From NCBI GenBank assembly GCA_976226885.1, contig OZ320322.1, positions 28,830,001 through 28,894,000 on the forward strand: a DNA stretch of 64,000 nucleotides, read 5' to 3'. The first letter of the stretch is position 1. The number at the start of each line of letters is the position of its first letter. A program made the translations under genes and the position numbers. This document shows, piece after piece, positions 1 through 14,095 of the stretch. The DNA comes from Iphione sp. A-MEVVRFRX5 (lineage: Eukaryota). The notes under the pieces were generated by a model. The model made no database searches and was not told the DNA's origin. It worked only from the letters and a program-made list of their open reading frames with translations.

Positions 1-102
1 AGTTCATGACTATATAAAGGGTTGGAAAAAAAACTTCTAGACTGAGTTAAAGATGGAGACACGATAGCTGAAGTAGGGCTCTAAAGCATAAAGCGGACCC
101 CG

Positions 103-233
103 TCAGTTTAGTCCCTTGTTAGCAGCATCTGGTTGTGATTGCGATGCTGTTTGCGTTAGATTAGGACCAATGGAAGTTTGGGAGCAGTCGTTGGCGTGTA
201 TGGAGTTAATGGATCCTTGGAGGGGCCTTAAGG
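103..233 (-). CDS. Possible phase-1 terminal exon (speculative)
   Basis: Acceptor ttttctctgtgcgcctacag| then an open frame (xLRPLQGSINSIHANDCSQTSIGPNLTQTASQSQPDAANKGLN) to TGA at 103-105. Low-complexity tail with no homology evidence. Confidence 0.15.
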
Positions 234-3200
234 CTGTAGGCGCACAGAGAAAACTGAAGTATCTTCAGGATTTGAGGAATAACTGCTCCGGAAAATACGT
301 CATCAGAACTGGACATGTCGGTCAATCAAATAGGTGAGTTTCTAAGGCAGGAAGCACCTGCCAGTTAATAATCCATTGACCATCACATTTAAGGCCACTA
401 TGGTGTCATTTATATCTGACATGGTCATAAAAGTATGTAGTCCAACTAAAAACAAACAACCTATACTGTGGACATTTCGCCAAACAAAGGTGTGGCATAC
501 ATGTATAGCCGTTGTAAATCCAATAAAAACGAAACTTCAGTAGGTCTTAAGTGTAAATGGGTTACCTCTCGTAGAACAAAATTGTCTGGTCCTGTATCCT
601 GTTCACGTCGAGGTTGGGTGGGGTAATATTCATCAGGATAAATAGGTTTTCCATGGAAGATTGGTCATCGCCTCCCCACTGCACTGACGCAGACTGGGTG
701 GCATCCCCCCCCCCCATCCTACCTGGTTTTAGTGGGGGGGGCGGTGGGTGGGATTAGCCATCTTACCTGACTTCATTATGCTCACCCGCCGCCTCTATAT
801 TAGGATGACATCTTCATCCACTTAATCTACCCCATCTCGATTGTATTCAAGGTTGCGTTCATAGAGAAAGACCTCAATCAACCTTCATTATACCAGAGTC
901 GCCTGCCTCCTTCTAACCTCGTCATAAAAAGGCTTCTTCTTTTTTTCGCCCAGGTGAACTTAATTAAATCTAAATGGTATTTTGAACAGGTAAAAGCAAT
1001 TCAGATAGTGGTCACATGAGCCGTAGCGGTTCCTTTACGAGAAACGTTCTCTTAGACGAGCACTTCTTGATATTAAAGGCTTCTGTCTTTTTTTTACTAG
1101 AGCTTATAAATAAAAGTTTATGAGGAGGGATATGACTGGAGGAAAGCACCACCTGGCTGTGGAGGAGGACCAGGGTTTGCAAGATCAGGCCATTCCTGCC
1201 CACCGCCATAACCTGGATACCCACCTATATAGCTACAAAGACCATTCTTGTGGGAGGCAGCCGTGCGTGCGGGGATATAGGGCCTAAGCTTACTTGATGT
1301 GGTCCCCTTGTAGCCATGATAATACATCACCTGGAATGCCTTGGACAATGCGCCTCCATATTCATTGAGATAACAGGTAGGGGACGCTGCCTGCGACAGG
1401 CAGCGGAACAAAGGAGGGTCCGCCACACACCTATGACCTTCGTAAATCAATTAATCACAACCGTCATATTTTCCCTCCTCCCAGCGCCATTCTTTTCCTC
1501 TATCTTTACACCAAAAGCTCTCTGTTGCTGTTCTCTGTGTTTTTGACCCACCCGCCCACTCCCAGACACTTTCACCAAACGCAGGTTTATCGTACACTTG
1601 AATACCCTGTATATCACGAGAGAGTTCGGTTACTGGTAGCCAGTACCACTTCCGAGTCTAAGAACGATCTAATGGACAGATAGGTGGTTGTGGCAGCGTA
1701 TTGATATCCCAGTATGTCTGTCTCTAATTTATCACCATAAAAAAAGACATGAATATACTCGATAATAGTACTATGATATCTTCATGGAAGAACGACCAAC
1801 GCACACCTAGTAGCACCTTGCATTAATGGGTGCATCGATTTTAACATTTAGCATCGATAGCGTCAATCGTAGTGTACGAGTCAGGGCGATGTAGAGTAAT
1901 AAAATGTTCATCATGTTGTCCCCTACAGTATTGTGACTCTATGCTCCCGTACGGGGATCGATATCAAACCACTACTTCCACATAAGAATGCAGAATTCGC
2001 AGCCATTCGACATGGTGCTTCATCATGTCGGCCTCTCACGCCTCGGTGCGAGAACACCATGGTAACCTATGCTGTGTTTGGTGCACCTACAACTGTAATG
2101 CATTGAGTGTCTGTGTTAAAATGATGGCATGGCCCTGAATCGCCGCTCGGGTAGGGTGCTGGGTGGTGGGGGGCGAGGGGGGATGGGTTGTGTTGTAGGG
2201 ACGATCATGCAAGATGGGGGGAGGGGGGCGCAGGCTTGTGAGGGAGGACCGGACGGGCGAACGCCTGCGGTTGAAGGGAGAGCGGTTAAGGGCTAGTGGC
2301 ACGTCGGACCGTCCTGTGATCCGTCATCGGCCTCACACTCGTCTTACTCCGGCTGTCAGGGACACTATAGTTCATGACGATAGCCGTTACACTGACGGCC
2401 AACAGCGCGCCATCCATCAGCCCGGCCGACATCGATCCCTACCGCCTGCGACGCGGCGGCCACTCCCTGCGAGGGGTCAGGGATCACATCTTTGGCAGAC
2501 CAGCCTTCTCACTGTTGGCTCCAGTCTGTACTCCTCCCTGTCGAAAACCGCAAACAGAAGGCATGGCGCATTCCTGCCGCCATTACAATGGGACGTATAC
2601 ATGCACTGATGCACTTGGTAGGGCACTTCGATATAATTACCTGTAAACTTTGCATAAGTTTAAGGTGGGCATGTTAAGATATGTTGCGCTATATAATTAA
2701 GTGACGAGCAGGTAGAATAACCGGTGTTGGGTGTTAGTCGAACCTTCCCTTCTTTCGACAAGATGTATGCTGTTTTAACTATGAAATAACATATACGCGT
2801 CCTCCGTCGTTATTTGTGCAATAGTGATAGCATTGACCCCCCCCCCCCGGCTCTTATACAGTACTCTTTTCAAATCGAACAGAATAGACATCGTTATCAC
2901 TGTACCTCCTACTGAAAAGATGGGCATATTGTATGAACTCTTTGAACTGAACTGTTTTTAAAAGGAGGGAAATACATCTGTATACTGATACCATGTGGAG
3001 GATGTTTCCCATTCGTCACTCCACAGACAACCAATGGCATTTAGGACGTCTGACCCAGAGGCAACTTTACAAGGTTTGACAGGTTTTCGATCACCAGTCG
3101 CTCTTTGCTTACAGTTGTTGTCTGGACTCTTCGCAAACGGACTAAATCATGTCATCAAAGTTTAAATAATGCAGCCTATCGGCACACAGAGCCTGTTCCA

Positions 3201-3677
3201 TAAGACGCTCTCAGTTTATGTCAAACGGAGGACCGATAAAATGGGGGGTGGTCTTGTTCTTTGCAGACTAGGAAGTATCAGTATCATTTGATCCTTTTAT
3301 GTTCGACAATAGCAACTATCATTCGGTTATGTCGATTTACAGTACAAAATGGATGCCTTGAGGCTTCCAGCCCTTTAATTGTGTGTGGTGTGAGATGCAG
3401 TAAATGAGTGAAGAATTGCAGCGCCAGATATGGAAACAGAATTAGTTAACCACATCGACAGGCTGGTGACTGATGTGCATCGTAACTTTTGATGCCAAAA
3501 AAAAGCTCGGCTCGGGGTCGGAAGATGCGAAGCTGTGATCTTTGGTATTGTACCGGCATTCGCGTTAAGGCACGTGTAACCAGTGTGCATATATACCTCT
3601 GTACATCTATTGTTTCCAGTGCGGCCTGCGTTTAATCCTCTGTGAGGGGCGACCGGTAAGTAATCAGATCGACTCAC

Positions 3678-3839
3678 TCCTGGCACAATAGTGAGCTGCT
3701 CGCATCAGAGACGCCTCGAGTCGCTCTTGCTTATAATTATCCACCCCACCGGAACAAAACTCCCGCCCCTTTCCCAACCCTACTATGAGAGCAATAATCA
3801 TTTCAGCAAAACAAACATAGCAAGTGCTATTTTTTCTGC
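3678..3839 (-). CDS. Possible symmetric phase-1 internal exon (speculative)
   Basis: Acceptor ccctctcctccttattcccactcag| and donor GGA|gtgagt enclose 162 nt that are open in the phase-1 frame (GRKNSTCYVCFAEMIIALIVGLGKG...HYCAR). No recognisable domain. Confidence 0.15.
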
Positions 3840-4031
3840 CTGAGTGGGAATAAGGAGGAGAGGGAAATGGGGAAGTGGCGTGTGGTGGCAAGTGGGAATA
3901 GATGTGTACAGAACGCTTGCTGAAGTAGGGCAGAGGAAAAATCGCCTCTGGTTTCCTCTACCCCCGCCAGGGTGCAATCTAGTCGCCGCGGAGTGCCATG
4001 GGTTTTACAGGGTCCAGATGTGCCGCACCCT

Positions 4032-4045
4032 ACGCCACCTCGTGG
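4032..4045 (-). promoter_or_regulatory. CTCF-like motif (reverse)
   Basis: Reverse complement CCACGAGGTGGCGT versus core consensus CCRSNAGRKGGCRS. Confidence 0.45.
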
Positions 4046-5447
4046 AGGTCGGGGCAAAGTGTTTGGCTTGGCCACGCTCTAGCATCCACACCAGCATGGA
4101 AAAAATAACCCCGATCCACACTCTTAAGGAAAAACAATGGCAGCAGTTCACGTCGGCTGTCTCTTTTACTTCCAACAATGGATTTACGCGGAGACACCGG
4201 GGAGAGGTACGCAGTTTACATTAACCGGGCTTCTGGTACGTATCATAACCAACGCTAGCGGCCACGAGGCAAGGGCAGCTACTACACCTTGCTTTGCAGG
4301 ACTCCGCTCGTTAAATTATTAACGAAGGAGATCTGTAGCAGTCCGAGATAAGTGGTATAAATCGAGTGCTACTGAGATACAAAACGCGGCCACGCATTTA
4401 TATACTCTCTATGCCGAGGGGCGCAAGATAAAGGGATGAATCGGAAAAAACGGAAGGATGGACATGAACACAAGAGGGAATGGAAGACATATGCATGTAT
4501 GGGGTAAAATGAACCACACAGATGGTGGAGTCAAAGATAGCAGAATGGGCATTGCATGATAAATTGTTTAGCAGGCTGGCAAAATCCCTCTGAAAAGAGA
4601 GGCATTATGCAAATACAAATATTATGTATAAATGTATCTATTCCCGTTGCCCTGGCTCAAGGCGTTTCTCAGAAGGGGTATTTATCATCCCCCTAAAAAA
4701 TCAACTATGGGGATCCAAAGAGGGTGCGGTGTCATCCACATTAGGTAAACGCCTATAAGGAAACTGACCTCATCGTAGTGACGCATACATGGAAGGGGGA
4801 GGGGCAGATAGGGGGCACAATCCCCCAACTCAGTTCATATGGATGCATGTGCTTGGACGTAGAAAAAAAACGAGTCAATTTCCTATCTCAAAAGTCGTGC
4901 AATATTCAATGTAACTAGATACAGCTTCACCTACAGCAAGTACAAGAGCACCCACTGGTGTCGGGGACACATTCCACGTCGTGAATACTGCAGCTCTGTG
5001 TGGCCTGAGATGTGGCTCTACCTATTAAAGAGCCTGCGGTTAGCAACCAACTCTTGCACGTCTACTTATACTGCATTAGCCTAATTCTTCAAGTAAGACA
5101 GCTAAACTTATTAGAAGTGGAGCAAGTGGCATGTTTCGATCGGTGCGGCTCGTGTTCGGTGTGAACTCATCTATACCTAGTTGCCAGCTACAGATTGCCT
5201 CCTTTTCTGCCTACACCTCGCGACGGCTTCGCTTGTCCTCCTGATTCATTCATAAATGTCCTGCGGCGTTTTCTCCGGGCGGGCTCCTATACATAACCCA
5301 CCCCCCCCCCCACCCAACGCCCCACCCACACCAACACCACCCCACGTGAGCATATGGCGATGCTCGGGCGTGTCAGGCCCTCCGGGTAGGTTAACTACTA
5401 AAGCCTCCAGCGGTGGGGGCAGCGTAATTGAGTGTCCGACTGGTGTC

Positions 5448-5461
5448 CCGCTAGATGGCGC
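5448..5461 (+). promoter_or_regulatory. CTCF-like motif (forward)
   Basis: CCGCTAGATGGCGC, a full match to the 14-bp core. Confidence 0.55.
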
Positions 5462-8400
5462 ATCACACCACGTGACCGTCGTGTCTGCTGGCAGAGGCCG
5501 TGCTCTACCAGATCCCTCCGGATCCGCTGGCGCCGAGTGGCCCGCTAGCCGCTGCCGCTCACGTAGTCTCTCAACACATTCGTTAAGGCACAATTTCGTA
5601 TGTTTTTGTTTTACGTCGAGGCAAGTGAGGACGAACTGTAAATACACGCGGGTGCGGACGTGTTCGACATAGATAACGCGGACCCCGCACCGACTTTCAA
5701 GGAGATCCGAACGATGGAAAAAACTCATGAACTCGTGTAGCGCTGGAATACAGTTAACACACTTCCAAGAGGGAACAGATCATCAGTATTGTAACGAGTG
5801 TTACATTTCCTACCGACGGCAAATTTACAAAACAGAATGTCAGTCACACTTGTGGATAATTCATGCGGCATGTCACACTGAAGGGACCCCTCCTGGTAAT
5901 CCATTGCAAGGAATGGTTTCACCATTGTCGAATGCATATGTTTATGATATATCTCTCTGCAAATGGAAAAGAGCACCAACCATTCGTATCTGTGAGCAGT
6001 AGTGCATTAACGTGTTAGTATGAATGAGCCCGACATGTCCGCTCAGACCAAGCCATGCAGCGCATCCTTTACAGATATGAGCACCTCCTGCTTCTTATTT
6101 AGCTTAGATGGTTTGACTAAGCTTCATGTTGCTGCGTGTCAGTGAACAGCACGGACTAGGTTTCTATTCTTTGTGGCAATGTACGTTTTTTTTTTAAAAA
6201 ATAATGTTTTCGTGATAAACAGTGCTTGCTTGAGAAGTCCATTAAGTTGGCCCTTACAAACAGACTGTGTTTATTGCGTCGACTCCCAAAGCATAATTAG
6301 ATCGCCGGTAGATAGTAACGTTAAACTCTGTGGATGGAATGAGCAGAAGAAGAGAGATTGTCCAGCGGTCGGCCTCAGCGGACACCAGGTTGTGGTAGCT
6401 GTCTAGCTCTAGAGGATAGATAGGTATTGGGGTTGGGGTGCAGGGAAGTGGACTTGCTCTCCAGACAGACAGCTGAGGCAGACAAGGTCCTAAACGGCTG
6501 CAATAGGAGCAACTCCCTCGACCGAGCAGCTCGCAGCTGGTCCGCTGGAACAGATCAAATCCTTGCTAGTCTGCAAAGGGCACCTAACTATAGTTTCTCC
6601 CTGGCGCTTTTTAGCATCTGTTTCATATCAGCCCCATTGCCATACGCCCTGCTTGCCTTCTTTTAGAGTATATTGGGTCAAGGTAATTTACCAAAGACCT
6701 GATCGAAAAAATAACCTTCCAGAGCGACGGGACCATGGTTTTAGATTTACCTCCCAAGCGGGGGAAGTACAGTGAATTACTATCGACAAAAATAAACAAT
6801 GATAAAATCAACGAAAAAGGAATCATTCAAAACACGGCAGTTTCAATTTAAAGGACTAGGGATCGGGAAACAGTTGAAGTAGGTATCTTAGAAATACGTT
6901 TTGGAAATGGGAAAATGCGCGCGAATAATAAGTCCTCAGCGTAAGTGTTCGCAAATGTCAATGCCCAGCTGCCGGACGGATCGACGGGTTGCCGGCGTTA
7001 TTCCTCATGGATGGGCCGAATCTTTCTTCGTGGGAATGATGACAATCACTCCGCCACAACTGCTCATTGCCATTCACAACAGTTGGCCACGAGTCGTTTC
7101 CTTTGGGCTCAGTAAAGCCCCACTGCGCCTCCTGGAGTCCGATACCGTCGCGACGACGACGACGAGGAGGAGGGCGGCTTTCGACCGATTCAGGCCCGTC
7201 GCTTTCAGCAGCGCGCAGCGGGCCTTTCTGTCGGCAATGGCCAGCTCCCAATTAAAGTCGCTTGTGTACAATAAAAACGCAGCAGGGGCTGTGGGCATCA
7301 GGGCTGCCGGAGACGGGACTCGTTAATGCGCCCGCGCCACTGAAGATCCTTGTGAAGAGGTTTTCAATCGCCGGACAATGAGGGTGGCCGGCCCATCGGC
7401 GTCCCTTTGGCGGCAATCGTCTGTCAGTCAGGGCGCTATTTACCTGCTTTCTGGCGGGAAGGCCTCACACTGCCGCCGCGGCCGCCGCCACACACGGGGG
7501 CGCCACCGTACATAACGCGCATGCGTGCCATGCGCTGTCGGAGGTGCCGTCGCATTGAGCGCGCCGCTCGCCATGGTTTAGAAGAACAGGACACCTGGCG
7601 ACCATTACCTGTCGTCACCTTCTTTCAGGCCTGTCGCCAAGTCGGCAGGACGTGGGAAACGGTTCAGCGGAGGAGAACGCCCACTCTTAAGAGCCTTCAC
7701 GTCTAGAGACACTAAAGATTACGGCAAGAGCTTTTGTATCAGAAATACTGGTGCTCAGTCGTGGAAGGCCTACTACACCTCGGGGGTGGGGGGTGTCTTT
7801 CAAAGTGTCTGCGTCCGCATCTGTGTTCTTCATTTGCTTTACGGCGCCCACTTGTTCCGTCTACATTAACATATCAAGCAGAACACGGCTAACGACGCAC
7901 TAAAACCTAGCAGGCAATTTTGGAGTGTACACTTAAGTATCACTTACCAAGAAGCTACCTTTTTCTCGCACAAAAAACCTATACTTTGCACCGTTATCTA
8001 TGTTTTCCTGAAATTAAGCTGTGGCTTTTATTTTTATACAGGATAACTTATTTAACAACAAGATGGAGGACGATTTTTGACGACAGGGAAGCGTTTTTAA
8101 TCTCGTTTCGTGGTCTGGTTTGTCTCTACGTACATTAGCAGTAGCATTTATGAGTATTTATGGTGGACCCGTGGAAGGAGATGCGGCGAAACGGACAGAC
8201 AATTAAGCTGGCGGCTCAAGAGAATGAAAGGGGAGAACTATGGGACGCATGAGGTCCGTCAAAACGGAATCGTGCTGGCAAAAGAGTAAATTGTGACATT
8301 TCTGTATTACACTGGCAAAATATCCATAGACCTGAATCAACAGCAAGTTTTCATGCTTGTGTGTTTGCATTGCGTATGCTCTGCATTGTATATATTGACG

Positions 8401-8525
8401 GTGCATGACTGTCCTCTTGCTTACGGTTGTGTTAGATTTGTTGCTTCCCAGTGTTTCCTGTTTCATATGGATACATGTTATATCCAGAAATTGTGTACCG
8501 TTATGAAAAAAAATACGCCACAGTA

Positions 8526-8601
8526 AATAACTCATGAAAGAATGCACTACGGAACAAGTAACTCGTGAAAAATTACATAACAATATGAATAACTCATGAA
8601 A
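8526..8601. repeat. Degenerate 31-bp-period minisatellite, 3 copies
   Basis: A(A/G)TAACTC(A/G)TGAAA at 8526, 8557 and 8588. Confidence 0.7.
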
Positions 8602-8639
8602 TGCATACAAATGTGTGCAAATGCGTACGAATGTATGTT

Positions 8640-8900
8640 AATTTGAGACTTGAATAACCACTCAGCTACAAGAAGTTCCAAGACTTGGGACTTTAATATT
8701 GACTGTCGATGTGCACTGGTGCTGCAACGTTTCGTCGCTCACACGGTGACTTCCTTAGGCAAGGGGACTTCATCTCATGTTTTGATTCATAACATAGACT
8801 ATACGTGGTAACTGTTGTTGGGATACAGCCAGAGCAATGGCAGGATTACTCAATTAGTTGTAGTATTATGTAGTGTTCAGTTCAAAGGTTATTTTGGTAA
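8640..8900 (-). mobile_element. Probable Penelope-like retroelement remnant (pseudo-LTR region); boundaries uncertain
   Basis: Inferred from the embedded minimal hammerhead followed by AT-rich sequence. No RT or GIY-YIG coding remnant was seen. Confidence 0.35.
8722..8762 (-). ncRNA. Minimal type I hammerhead ribozyme motif of Penelope-like-element type, with G5-to-A core mutation
   Basis: Minus strand UUGC-CUAAGGA-A-GUCACCGUGUGAGCGAC-GAAAC-GUU-GCAG. Stem I UUGC/GCAG, stem II GUC/GAC, palindromic ACGU in place of stem III, core CUAAGGA versus consensus CUGANGA. Confidence 0.6.
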
Positions 8901-9339
8901 CTGATGAAAATGATGCAAATGTATGTAGTTGTATAGAAATGTTTGCAAATGTCTCACATCCAGCCTGCTTCTAACCCTACCTTCTACACACTATGTTTGA
9001 ATGCATTTGCATACAATTAACAAGCAGTGTTCAGTTTTAGTTATGAAAGCATGCATACATATATGCAAATACAAACCTACATACAAATGCAACACAAGAA
9101 TGGAAATCATGTCTTTAATTATAAATTGTTAGAAAAATAAGACAATGCGATGCAAATGCATTATCGCAAGTATGGAAACGGACCATAACAGAATTTATGT
9201 TTCATAACGTATTGTATATTCACATATTGATCACATTCGTTACCTCACTTGTTAGAGACTACATTTTCTACTGTATTTCTCACTTAATGCAGGCGAGATT
9301 TCTTTCTCGCCTGCTCCCATCCATTTTTCCTGCTGGAGA

Positions 9340-9760
9340 CAGTATCAGCAGCTGCTTGTGCGTGTGCAGCCTCAGAATCTCACGCAAATCCCCAGCCTGT
9401 ATCAGCTGCTTCAGTTCAGAGGGGGGCGACGCGCAAATCATCCATTGACATTACGCCATCATTTTTTTTGTGTGTGAGGACGGCTAACAGGTTCTGTGAT
9501 AAGGGACACACCAAACGACCGTCCATTATGCAAGCAGGCTCTGTGGACTGCAGCCAGTTCGATCTTCTCTCTCCCGCTGGGAAAAGATAAAGACGCCCGG
9601 TCCTGATCTATGGATCATTGGAGCTTATGACTCACTTGAACAGGCGCTTTCAACCTTAAAAAGCCAATAGCTGCTAGGGTAATCTCTGATCCTAAACTAA
9701 TGACCATAGTCCATATGGCCTATTAATCATTGATTGATGTCATACTGCTGTCATTCGATG
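9340..9760. promoter_or_regulatory. Candidate developmental enhancer (E-box, GATA, Pbx-Hox, Meis sites)
   Basis: Two CAGCTG in GTATCAG(CAG)CTGCTT repeats, AGATAA at 9585, ATTAATCA at 9722, TGATTGAT at 9731, TGTCA at 9738 and CTGTCA at 9748. Confidence 0.4.
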
Positions 9761-12700
9761 AGCGAAAGAGGGGGCTCGTACCTTCATCAACAGATGATAG
9801 CTCCCTTTTGTACAAGGCCTGCTGCATTAATATGAGAGTATATTGCAGTTTAAGTGCGTTTGTCATAATCACCGAGTCATTTGGAGGGAAAGATTGTCTC
9901 CTCTGGCCCACTGTCGGTCATGTGGAGTGGGAGCTCCGGGGGCTCTAATCAACAAGTCTTTTGCGAAGATTCGCTTCGAGTGCATACGTCACCAACTATA
10001 ACCCATTTCCCCCACAACCCCCCCTAGATCATGCCCCTGGGAATGAGAAGGGTTTCTTCCCCTCCCTAGATGGAGGAGATTTTCTGCCAAGGGCAGTGGA
10101 AGTTGGCTGCGGCAACGGGGAGGATGATGTATAATCCGACATCCAAGCGCCAGTCGAGATGCCTCCTCATTCCGGGTTCGGTCGCTCATCATTACGGCGC
10201 TATTGATCTCGTCCTAAGAGATTGACGTTTAATCTGCGCAATTAATTCAGCGGCCCGAATAGTTTATATAAATCAGCCGCCGGCGCCTGTCTCCTCCTGG
10301 CCTGCCCCTCCTCCCCGGCCTGGGAGTTAAAAAGAAGGGCAGGAGCTCCAATCTCGTCTGGTGGGCGAGCCTGGCTTTTGAACTAGATCGATTGAATTCG
10401 GAGATGGGGGAGTGCATTCACCTGCCGCTAGATTTGTATCACAGAGATACATTTCGCTGTGCAGCATGTACACGGTGGACTACTGATGAATGCCTATTGA
10501 GATTCAGGGCAGATACTGTCCTAGACAACATCCATTCTATAATGACATAAATATACATCTAGACTGCTATATGAAGAGAATACACATCTTCCTTCCTAAA
10601 GAAAAAAAAATCACACGCACAGTGGAACAAGAAAGGACGTAGGTAGAAGTCATTTTTGAATCAAAAGGTTGACGATGTATTAAATTTAACTGCATTACAG
10701 TCTAATCATTTTCTTAGGAACCACCTGATCCACATTGAAATATTTCACTTTCTTACAGATAAACATCAATGCACTGGGAATTATGGGACTAGACACCCTT
10801 GCCATCTCCAAGGATCAATGCGGGGTTCGTTTCTGCTGTTAATTGAAACGAAGACTCATCACCCGCCGCTCTGGTTCATGGAACGGCTTTTCTGCTATTT
10901 ACTGAAAATGTAAACCTATAAAAAGAAAAGTGATCTTTAGCTACTAATTCTTGTAGCCATCAAAAGGCTACCGAAAATAACTGATCAGAAGAAGCGTCTC
11001 TCAATAAAAGCAATTCTACTTTCCCTATTAACGTCGGCGATCTGAAGTTCGATGACGCATGCTGATATTTGATTCATTAGATTGATAAAAAATGTGAAAT
11101 AGTCATTAATGAAAAAATCACCATAATACCTGCTCAAAACCATTAACAATGCAATTATACGATGGTAGCTAGCATCCCTGTTCATTCTTCTCATTTGACA
11201 GACTGAAAGTGGCATCTGTAGTCTTAACTTTTCATCAGACTATTATGTAGTCTGTCTCAAGAACTAAAACTAGTCACCTACTCAACTGCTTTTCCAGCGG
11301 TTTTCGATTGAAATGGACATGTTTACAATGGCCTGATATATGTGTCGCCTCATTTCACCTTTGTACGCCCAATTCAACTGCCAGTATTGTGGGAGGGGGG
11401 AAAAATATAGAACAGTCGACATAATGAAACACATGCAGAAGGCGGATGAGTTAGACGGAGGGAAGACATTGACTGCCTGGCTATGAGTGTAATCAGCACC
11501 GAAGAAGCATTCATTATATACGTATGGAATGGCGTGGATTCTTCTTCGCACAACGGTGCTAGACGTACTCATGCAGCAAGGGGATATGACTCAAGAAGCA
11601 GGTTCAATCATCGATCATCGCACGGAGGCTGGGGCTTGGCCTTTTCGCAGCCGTGCCACCTGCTTACTGCTGCCGCCAGGCCCCACTCACTGCTAACCCA
11701 TCACGCCACACGAGGAGCAGTCCGTATAATTAAAGTGGGTTCGGCCAGAGAATAGGACGAATAAAAAAAATGTCTGAAAATGTTCGTGGATGCCAACACG
11801 ACATGGCTAGACAGAAGACCCGTATAGGCTCGAAGTAAGATATCTATAAAAGGTAGTTTCGAAGGATTTCTGCAAGGTCTTGTTATAGGTCATGGCTACA
11901 TGGACACATGTATCTTTATCCAACAGAAAGAGTGTTTTATGTTTCTATTCGTGGAATCATAATAAAGGTGTATTTAATTTAGGCGCGACTCGCCGGCAAA
12001 CATGCATGTACATTAATGTGCAATGCCTCTCGAATGTCATTTTCGTGCATATCTTTATTGCCCCTACGCTATATATGGCCCACGTAGAAGGCTAGACAGA
12101 ACGTTAATAATTTCCTGAAAAGACACTGATATGGAAGTGCCACCTCGTGTGTCCATATGAGCAATATTCGTGTAAGCGGAATTCTGGTGCGGGTGAGCAT
12201 TTCAGCTGAGATCACGGCAATTGGACCTTGATATTATCAAAGTCCGACACTAGAGACATGGCAACCCGGTCATGTTTTGGCAACATAAACGTGCACTACG
12301 TGACATTAGCCTCTAATAGAAAGCGGAATAGTTTAGGTTTATCTCTAAGAAGACAGACAGATAATCAGGATGCTGGAGCATTCTGGAGAGGCAAGGGGAT
12401 TACCAGATACTATCAAGTATGCACTTCTTACCCCGACTGATTTTTGCCCAGCTCTCATATTCACAATCTCATTATATTCCTTAGAGGTGGTAGACAGATT
12501 AGTTGCGGGGGGAACATGTCTTAAGGAACTATCAATCACATAGATCAGTGTGGCTCTATTTCACATCGCCAGGCTTTGTTGATGCAACTCCTAAAATTTT
12601 ATATCTGCCGACCAGCAGAACTTAAAAGACAAAAACAAGAAGTCTACGGAGGAGCTAGGCAATAATGCTCATTGTGAAATGTTTGCAACCCTTTCGGAGA

Positions 12701-14095
12701 TAAAGCTCTCCTGGGGAAGTGAGATATTAGGGCTTTGAATGTCCTCTGGCCCGCCGGCGTTCAGTCCCTTGCTGATCCCTGCGGCGAGCAGGACACGTCC
12801 ATCCATCTTGTGGCTTCAGGAGACCGCCATTCAGACTGCCACGGCGGCAAACGGCAGCTGGATCGTGCATCCAAGTACAGGTGCTTCAGATACGTGTGAA
12901 CAAAGAGAAGGAACACCGAGCACTAAACCCTTCCTCTTGCGGCCTCGTCTGGCACACACAAACACACAGAATGACAAGCAGGTGGCCAAGGACCCATTCA
13001 GGGAAGCAAATATGCTAGCACACAACATCGGTCTCGGCTTTAGCCATTCTAGTAAAGGTGTGTGAGTGGCTATACCAGTTGTCATATACGCCAAGAGATA
13101 ATTCCCCATGTATTTTCTCCCGCAGGTGCGATCTTCCTCATTATCCTGAAAGACCCATGGATTTCCTAACCATATCAAGGACCAAAGGTTGGTATAGAAC
13201 ACTTTCAAATCTATCGGACAGAAAGACACATACATGCACATATCCTTATTTGACACCAGGACGATTCAATGTGTTCCTGCAATGGTTGTAAAGTGGACGT
13301 CCTGCGAGTACTGCGAATGTCAAAGCCAGATCAAGTCAACGAACATACCCTAAAGCAACCGGGCATTAGTAGCCAAGCAGTTGTGTCCTGTGTCGTCTCA
13401 ATCGACTCAAGTAAGGCCGTATAGCCTTCTGAGTGTCGGATCAAAGGGTCTTGCGGCTTGGCTGTCGCTTGTTCGGTGGTTACTACTGGGTGTTTAGATG
13501 GGTGACAGGCGTTGTTTACAAGGATGAATAGAGATCAAATGCCTGACGAATGGATCCGGCCTGCGGCCCGCCCAGGCCGGCCAGTACACCGCTCGGCGGA
13601 CTGACAGGGCAGGGCTAATAAATGTTCGGCCGATCAGAGCAGCTGCCTATAGCGCATTGCCGCCAACGGGAACTGCTGTCTGGTCGAGTGGGTTGACGTG
13701 GAGGGTGCTGGCTGCCTCTGTCTGAGCAGCAGGTGGGAGCCATGAATTCGACCTAACGAATTGGCAGATTGGTCAGGGACACATTACAGTACCTCAGATA
13801 AAGAGGGCTGTCCATGTAAGGCTCCCACAAATCAGACTAAGCTTACATGACGTTTACTGTTTGATGTCAATTTGTTCACTTGACTTGAAAACCTGTATTC
13901 CTAATGGGTAACTGAAAGGACTGCCAAGTTATTTCTAACTTATTTAAAGAGAGCATTCATATTTTTACACTGTACCAAATTTAATAGAATACTAATATGT
14001 TTGGCTGTAAATGCATCCGTCGATTTCATTATTCCTTTTAAACAATACATATTGTATGGTTCACCAGCATATATAATCCTTTCCAATCATTAGAG

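Noticed and set aside
1118-1450. 110-aa minus ORF with a Gly/Pro/Tyr-rich C-terminus
   Set aside because: Non-ATG start, no convincing flanking splice sites and no recognisable homology.
13126-13187. Plus-strand candidate exon (ttttctcccgcag| ... |gttggt)
   Set aside because: Weak donor, no partner exons and an uninformative peptide.
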